From Candidatus Shapirobacteria bacterium (lineage in GTDB: Bacteria > Patescibacteriota > Microgenomatia > UBA12405 > BS750m-G30), in assembly GCA_043817235.1 (NCBI GenBank), contig JBDRHA010000011.1, forward strand, positions 260,622 to 324,621: a stretch of DNA of 64,000 nucleotides, read 5' to 3'. Shown piece after piece: positions 60,441 to 64,000 of the stretch. The notes under the pieces were generated by a model that worked only from the letters and a program-made list of their open reading frames with translations, had not been told where the DNA came from and made no database searches. Numbering within the stretch: the first letter of the stretch is position 1; each line of letters opens with the position of its first letter. The translations under genes were made by a program, and so were the position numbers.

Positions 60441-60493
60441 GCTAACTATAGTATGTAGAACTAAAGTTAGCAACCCCATATACTATAGTTAGC
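60441..60493. promoter_or_regulatory. putative C-protein operator
   Basis: Perfect 14-bp inverted repeat GCTAACTATAGTAT/ATACTATAGTTAGC plus a third copy ACTAAAGTTAGC at 60460. Confidence 0.7.
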
Positions 60494-60509
60494 TTTAGAT
60501 TGCAAAATT

Positions 60510-60725
60510 ATGAAGAAAACTACATTAGTAAAATTTGGTGAACGAGTAAGGCAAGAAAGATTGAAACAAGGTCTTTCTCAAGAATCATTAGCCGCAAAGA
60601 CCGGTGTTCACCGCACTTATATTGGAATGATCGAGAGAGCTGAGAAGAACATTGCTTTAGAAAATATTGAAAAAGTGGCTAATGCTCTGAAGCTGAATAT
60701 CAATGATCTACTAACTTTTGAATAG
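60510..60725 (+). CDS. XRE-family HTH controller (C) protein
   Basis: GLSQESLA..VHRTYIGMIERAEKN; overlaps the nuclease start. Confidence 0.88.
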   Translation: MKKTTLVKFGERVRQERLKQGLSQESLAAKTGVHRTYIGMIERAEKNIALENIEKVANALKLNINDLLTFE

Positions 60726-61679
60726 TATGGTTGATGAAAATATCTTAAAACATTTTGGTGTTGATGAGAGCATTTTTCTTGAAGCTCTGAAATTAAGCCC
60801 TAGCGCGCAGGGCTATATTGCTGGTGCAATAAGTGAAGTTTTACTGAAGGACTATCTTGAAGCTAAGGGTTATGAGGTAATTCGCATAAAGGAAAAACCG
60901 AGCGGGGGAAATAAAGCAAAGAATTACGAGGCAAGAGGTGATTTCTACATAAGCAAGCAAGGCAACAAGGCTGATAAGTGGCTCGTGATTGAAAGCAAGG
61001 GCTTAAAAAGTAATTCTGAGTTTCGTGGTAGTAAATTGGATTCACCAGAAAAAGTTTTTAAATTTTTAAAAGTAAGGGTCTTTAATGAGTCCAAAACTAA
61101 GAAAACGACTTATCAAAGAGGTTACGCAACCTACCTAAAAGCAAAAGGAAAATGGGAACAGAAAAACCCCGGAAAGAAATTTCTAGGATTTAGTTGGAAT
61201 AAAAATTTTCCAGGCCCTGAATCTTATAACTTAGATAAAATTTGGAGCAGTGAAGATAGCTTAAAGGAGTGGGTTTATTCTTTAGATAAGAGCAGTTTTA
61301 CAGAACAAGCTTATCGAAATGTTGATGGTGCAATAGCAATTCTTGAAACACACCAACCCAGTAAAAGAGTGGGTATTAAAACTGCAATAGATCAAGCTGC
61401 TCCTTTAGTATACGATTTCAACATTTCAACATAATGAGCGTTGATTTGTTTCTACGAACAGGAAGGCATGAATTTGTTTTTATGAATAGCCAAGAAATAA
61501 GCCACTCGCCAACATCACCAGAGCACCTATATCAAAATTATATTATTGATATTCTGGTAAAAGGTAAGAAAAATAGACCCATTATTCAACAGCCTTGGTA
61601 CTTGGATGTAGAAGGCTGTATTACTCAAACAAAGCCAATTTACAGGCCCATAGACCGTACTCAAATTGATAACAGGTAG
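60718..61679 (+). pseudogene. PD-(D/E)xK restriction endonuclease frameshifted by an 8-bp duplication
   Basis: SE..GDFY..IESKG; (ATTTCAAC)x2 at 61415-61430; removing one copy joins both ORFs (YDFNIMSVDLF). Confidence 0.78.
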
Positions 61680-61682
61680 CAG

Positions 61683-61723
61683 TTGACACATTTGTGTCTG
61701 TAGGCTAACATTAAAGTGTTAGC
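61683..61723 (+). promoter_or_regulatory. methyltransferase promoter overlapped by two palindromes
   Basis: TTGACA-17-TAACAT; GACACATTTGTGTC and GCTAACA-N6-TGTTAGC. Confidence 0.65.
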
Positions 61724-61740
61724 TATTATTATTTCAAATT

Positions 61741-63786
61741 ATGAGTCAATCCACACTACCTTTATTCACTTTTTATGATGAGCCGTCTTTGAAAAGAAAT
61801 GATGGACTACTGAGAGTCTTTGAAGACATCCACAACCATATTTACGCAAATGATGGACTATCACCCGAGCAGGCACTTGAGGAAACAATAAAAGTGCTTT
61901 TCTTGAAGATTTTTGATGAAAAAAACAAAACCTTGGAGTTTAAAATTTCATCATCGGAGTATGATCAAGTCAAAGATGGGGAAACCAGCAAGGATTTTTT
62001 AAATAGGTTTCAGGATCTACAAAAAAATACTTTCAGGTTCTTTTCAAATCTTTTTGAGAAAGACGAAAAAATAAAGTTAAAAAACAGCACACTTGGGTTT
62101 GTTGTTAATAAATTACAGAACATTGATCTGCTCAACTCCTCAAATGACGTTAAGGGGCTTGCATTTCAAAAATTCATTCATTCTTCTCAACGCGTTGGGA
62201 GAGGACAATTTTTCACACCTGAACAAGTCATAAAATTATGTGTAGAGATTATTCAACCAAGAGCAAACGAGACAGTTTTAGATCCCGCATGTGGTAGCGG
62301 TGGTTTTCTTAGCTCCGCATTGCAATATGTTTCTATTAACGAGCCAAAAAAATCAAAAACGTTTGCTAAAGAAAAAATATACGGAATTGAAATTAGTCGT
62401 TCCGCCGCAAAAATCGCAAAAATGCGGATGATATTAGATGGAGATGGATTTTCTAATATTACTCAAAATGACTCATTATCTGATTGGAGCAATCTTGATC
62501 TTGAGCTGAATAAGACAGATAAGCAAGATAATAAAACCTATCGAAATTTCTTTGATGTTATCCTTACTAATCCGCCCTTTGGTACACAAGGCAAAATATC
62601 TGACAAATCAGTATTAAGAAACTTTGATCTTGGCTACAAATGGAATGGGTCGGAAGCAAATTATTTTAGGAGCGACATCTTGCTTAATGGGCAGGTGCCC
62701 GAAATTCTATTTATAGAAAGATGTTTACAGTTTTTAAAACCAGGGGGAAGAATGGCGATAGTTTTACCAAATGGTGATTTTGAAAACTCAAGCCTTTCTT
62801 ATTTACGGCATTATATCCAGAAAGTTGCGGATGTATTGGCGGTTATAAAGCTACCACAAGAGACTTTTATACCTTCCGGTACTGGAGTTAAAACATCCAT
62901 TTTATTTTTAAGGAAAAAAAATGGTGAAGAAAAGCTAGGGAAAGTATTTTTTGCCCAAATAACTAAACTTGGCTATTCGGGAAACAAGAACGGATCTTTG
63001 GTTTATAAAAAAGATGATCGCGGGAATATACTAAAAACAGCAGACGGAGAGCCTAGAATAGATGAGGATATATCTGATGTTATTTCTACTTACTTGGGTT
63101 ATAGTTTCAAGAACAATCTAAAAGAAAATGAAAATATCTTTACAGTTAATAAAAACGACATAGATTATTCGCGATTAGATTTTGAATTTTACAGGCCAAG
63201 TTATAGACAGACTGAAAAAGTACTTTTAAAAAATGGGGCACAACGGCTTGGCGATTTGGTAAAAATTAAAAAGTCAAAATCTAATAAATTAAAACAGAAA
63301 GACCGTCTTGTAAGATATGTTGAATTATCCGATATAAGCACTCAATACAATGAGATTATAAATGCAACAGAGCAACTTGTTCATGAATTACCAAGTAGGG
63401 CTTCCTACGAATTAAAAGAAGGCGAGATAATAACAGCAGTAGCAGGAAACTCTATCGGTACAAATAGTCATGCTTCTGCATATGTGACAAAGGATTATGA
63501 CGGTTGTGTATGTACTAATGGGCTTCGTGTATTTAACATCGATGAAAAAAAATTAAATCCTTTTTACTTACTATATTTTCTAAAATCAAAGTATTTTCTG
63601 GATCAGGTCTATCGATTTAGAACAGGTGCAGCAATCCCTTCTTTGTTAGATTCTGATTTGTTAAACATCCTGATTTTATTACCAAATATAAAGGAGCAAG
63701 AAAGAATTGGCGGGATAATTAAAGAAGGTTTTTTTGAAAGAAAACAGTATCAAGAGAGAATAAAAAAGATAAATATAGAAATCTAA
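61741..63786 (+). CDS. type I-like N6-adenine methyltransferase fused to a specificity (TRD) domain
   Basis: GQFFTP, DPACGSGGF, TNPPF; C-terminal LGDLV..LPSRA..GAAIP..EQERI. Confidence 0.92.
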   Translation: MSQSTLPLFTFYDEPSLKRNDGLLRVFEDIHNHIYANDGLSPEQALEETIKVLFLKIFDEKNKTLEFKISSSEYDQVKDGETSKDFLNRFQDLQKNTFRFFSNLFEKDEKIKLKNSTLGFVVNKLQNIDLLNSSNDVKGLAFQKFIHSSQRVGRGQFFTPEQVIKLCVEIIQPRANETVLDPACGSGGFLSSALQYVSINEPKKSKTFAKEKIYGIEISRSAAKIAKMRMILDGDGFSNITQNDSLSDWSNLDLELNKTDKQDNKTYRNFFDVILTNPPFGTQGKISDKSVLRNFDLGYKWNGSEANYFRSDILLNGQVPEILFIERCLQFLKPGGRMAIVLPNGDFENSSLSYLRHYIQKVADVLAVIKLPQETFIPSGTGVKTSILFLRKKNGEEKLGKVFFAQITKLGYSGNKNGSLVYKKDDRGNILKTADGEPRIDEDISDVISTYLGYSFKNNLKENENIFTVNKNDIDYSRLDFEFYRPSYRQTEKVLLKNGAQRLGDLVKIKKSKSNKLKQKDRLVRYVELSDISTQYNEIINATEQLVHELPSRASYELKEGEIITAVAGNSIGTNSHASAYVTKDYDGCVCTNGLRVFNIDEKKLNPFYLLYFLKSKYFLDQVYRFRTGAAIPSLLDSDLLNILILLPNIKEQERIGGIIKEGFFERKQYQERIKKINIEI

Positions 63787-63787
63787 C

Positions 63788-63934
63788 ATGGCAAACCATC
63801 TACAAGAAATTAAAAAATCAGTATCATTTATTTTCGTGCCAGAAGGGGAAAATAAACTAAAGCCTAATGGAACAGGATTTTTCGTTGGGGTTAAAAATGA
63901 AGGAAACGAAGAAATTATCCAAATCTCTGCTTGA
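63788..63934 (+). pseudogene. trypsin-like protease N-terminal fragment
   Basis: IKKSVSFIF..NGTGFFV, then stops after 48 aa. Confidence 0.5.
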
Positions 63935-64000
63935 AATCGCTAAGCGAGGCGTGGAAATGGCGATAGAAAAAGATGAACAGGAAGCGGAAAAATGGATTGA
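63918..64000 (+). pseudogene. C-terminal remnant resembling a specificity subunit
   Basis: Second frame reads SKSLLEIAKRGVEMAIEKDEQEAEKWI with no start codon. Confidence 0.45.

Noticed and set aside
1-64000. CRISPR array, prophage or rRNA
   Set aside because: No spaced direct repeats, cas genes, phage structural genes or rRNA signatures seen

Overview
Origin-of-replication region of a small-genome bacterium, most likely Patescibacteria/CPR (Microgenomates-like; inferred from gene content, genetic code 11). Genes run mostly on the minus strand left of dnaA and on the plus strand right of it. The core contains comF, ssrA (tmRNA), smpB, ftsH, rnhA, jag, yidC, yidD, rnpA, rpmH, rplY, dnaA, oriC, dnaN, mutM, recF, dnaG, rpoD and uppP. 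About 9.7 kb of envelope and cell-wall hydrolase genes separates rpmH from dnaA. A 15 kb glycan locus (38767-54220) carries a GT2-flippase-GT4 triple fusion, three GT-C-like proteins, two deacetylases, a sortase with an adjacent LATTG substrate and a GH26, behind a structured terminator-like leader. The right end is a decaying accessory zone: a broken type IV toxin-antitoxin pair, gene fragments, palindromic mini-elements, a tRNA-Asn-linked GIY-YIG element, and a C-R-MS restriction-modification system next to tRNA-Ser whose nuclease is frameshifted by an 8-bp duplication. Most striking: the mature tmRNA 5' end overlaps the smpB stop codon. Product calls come from motif recognition only; no searches were run.
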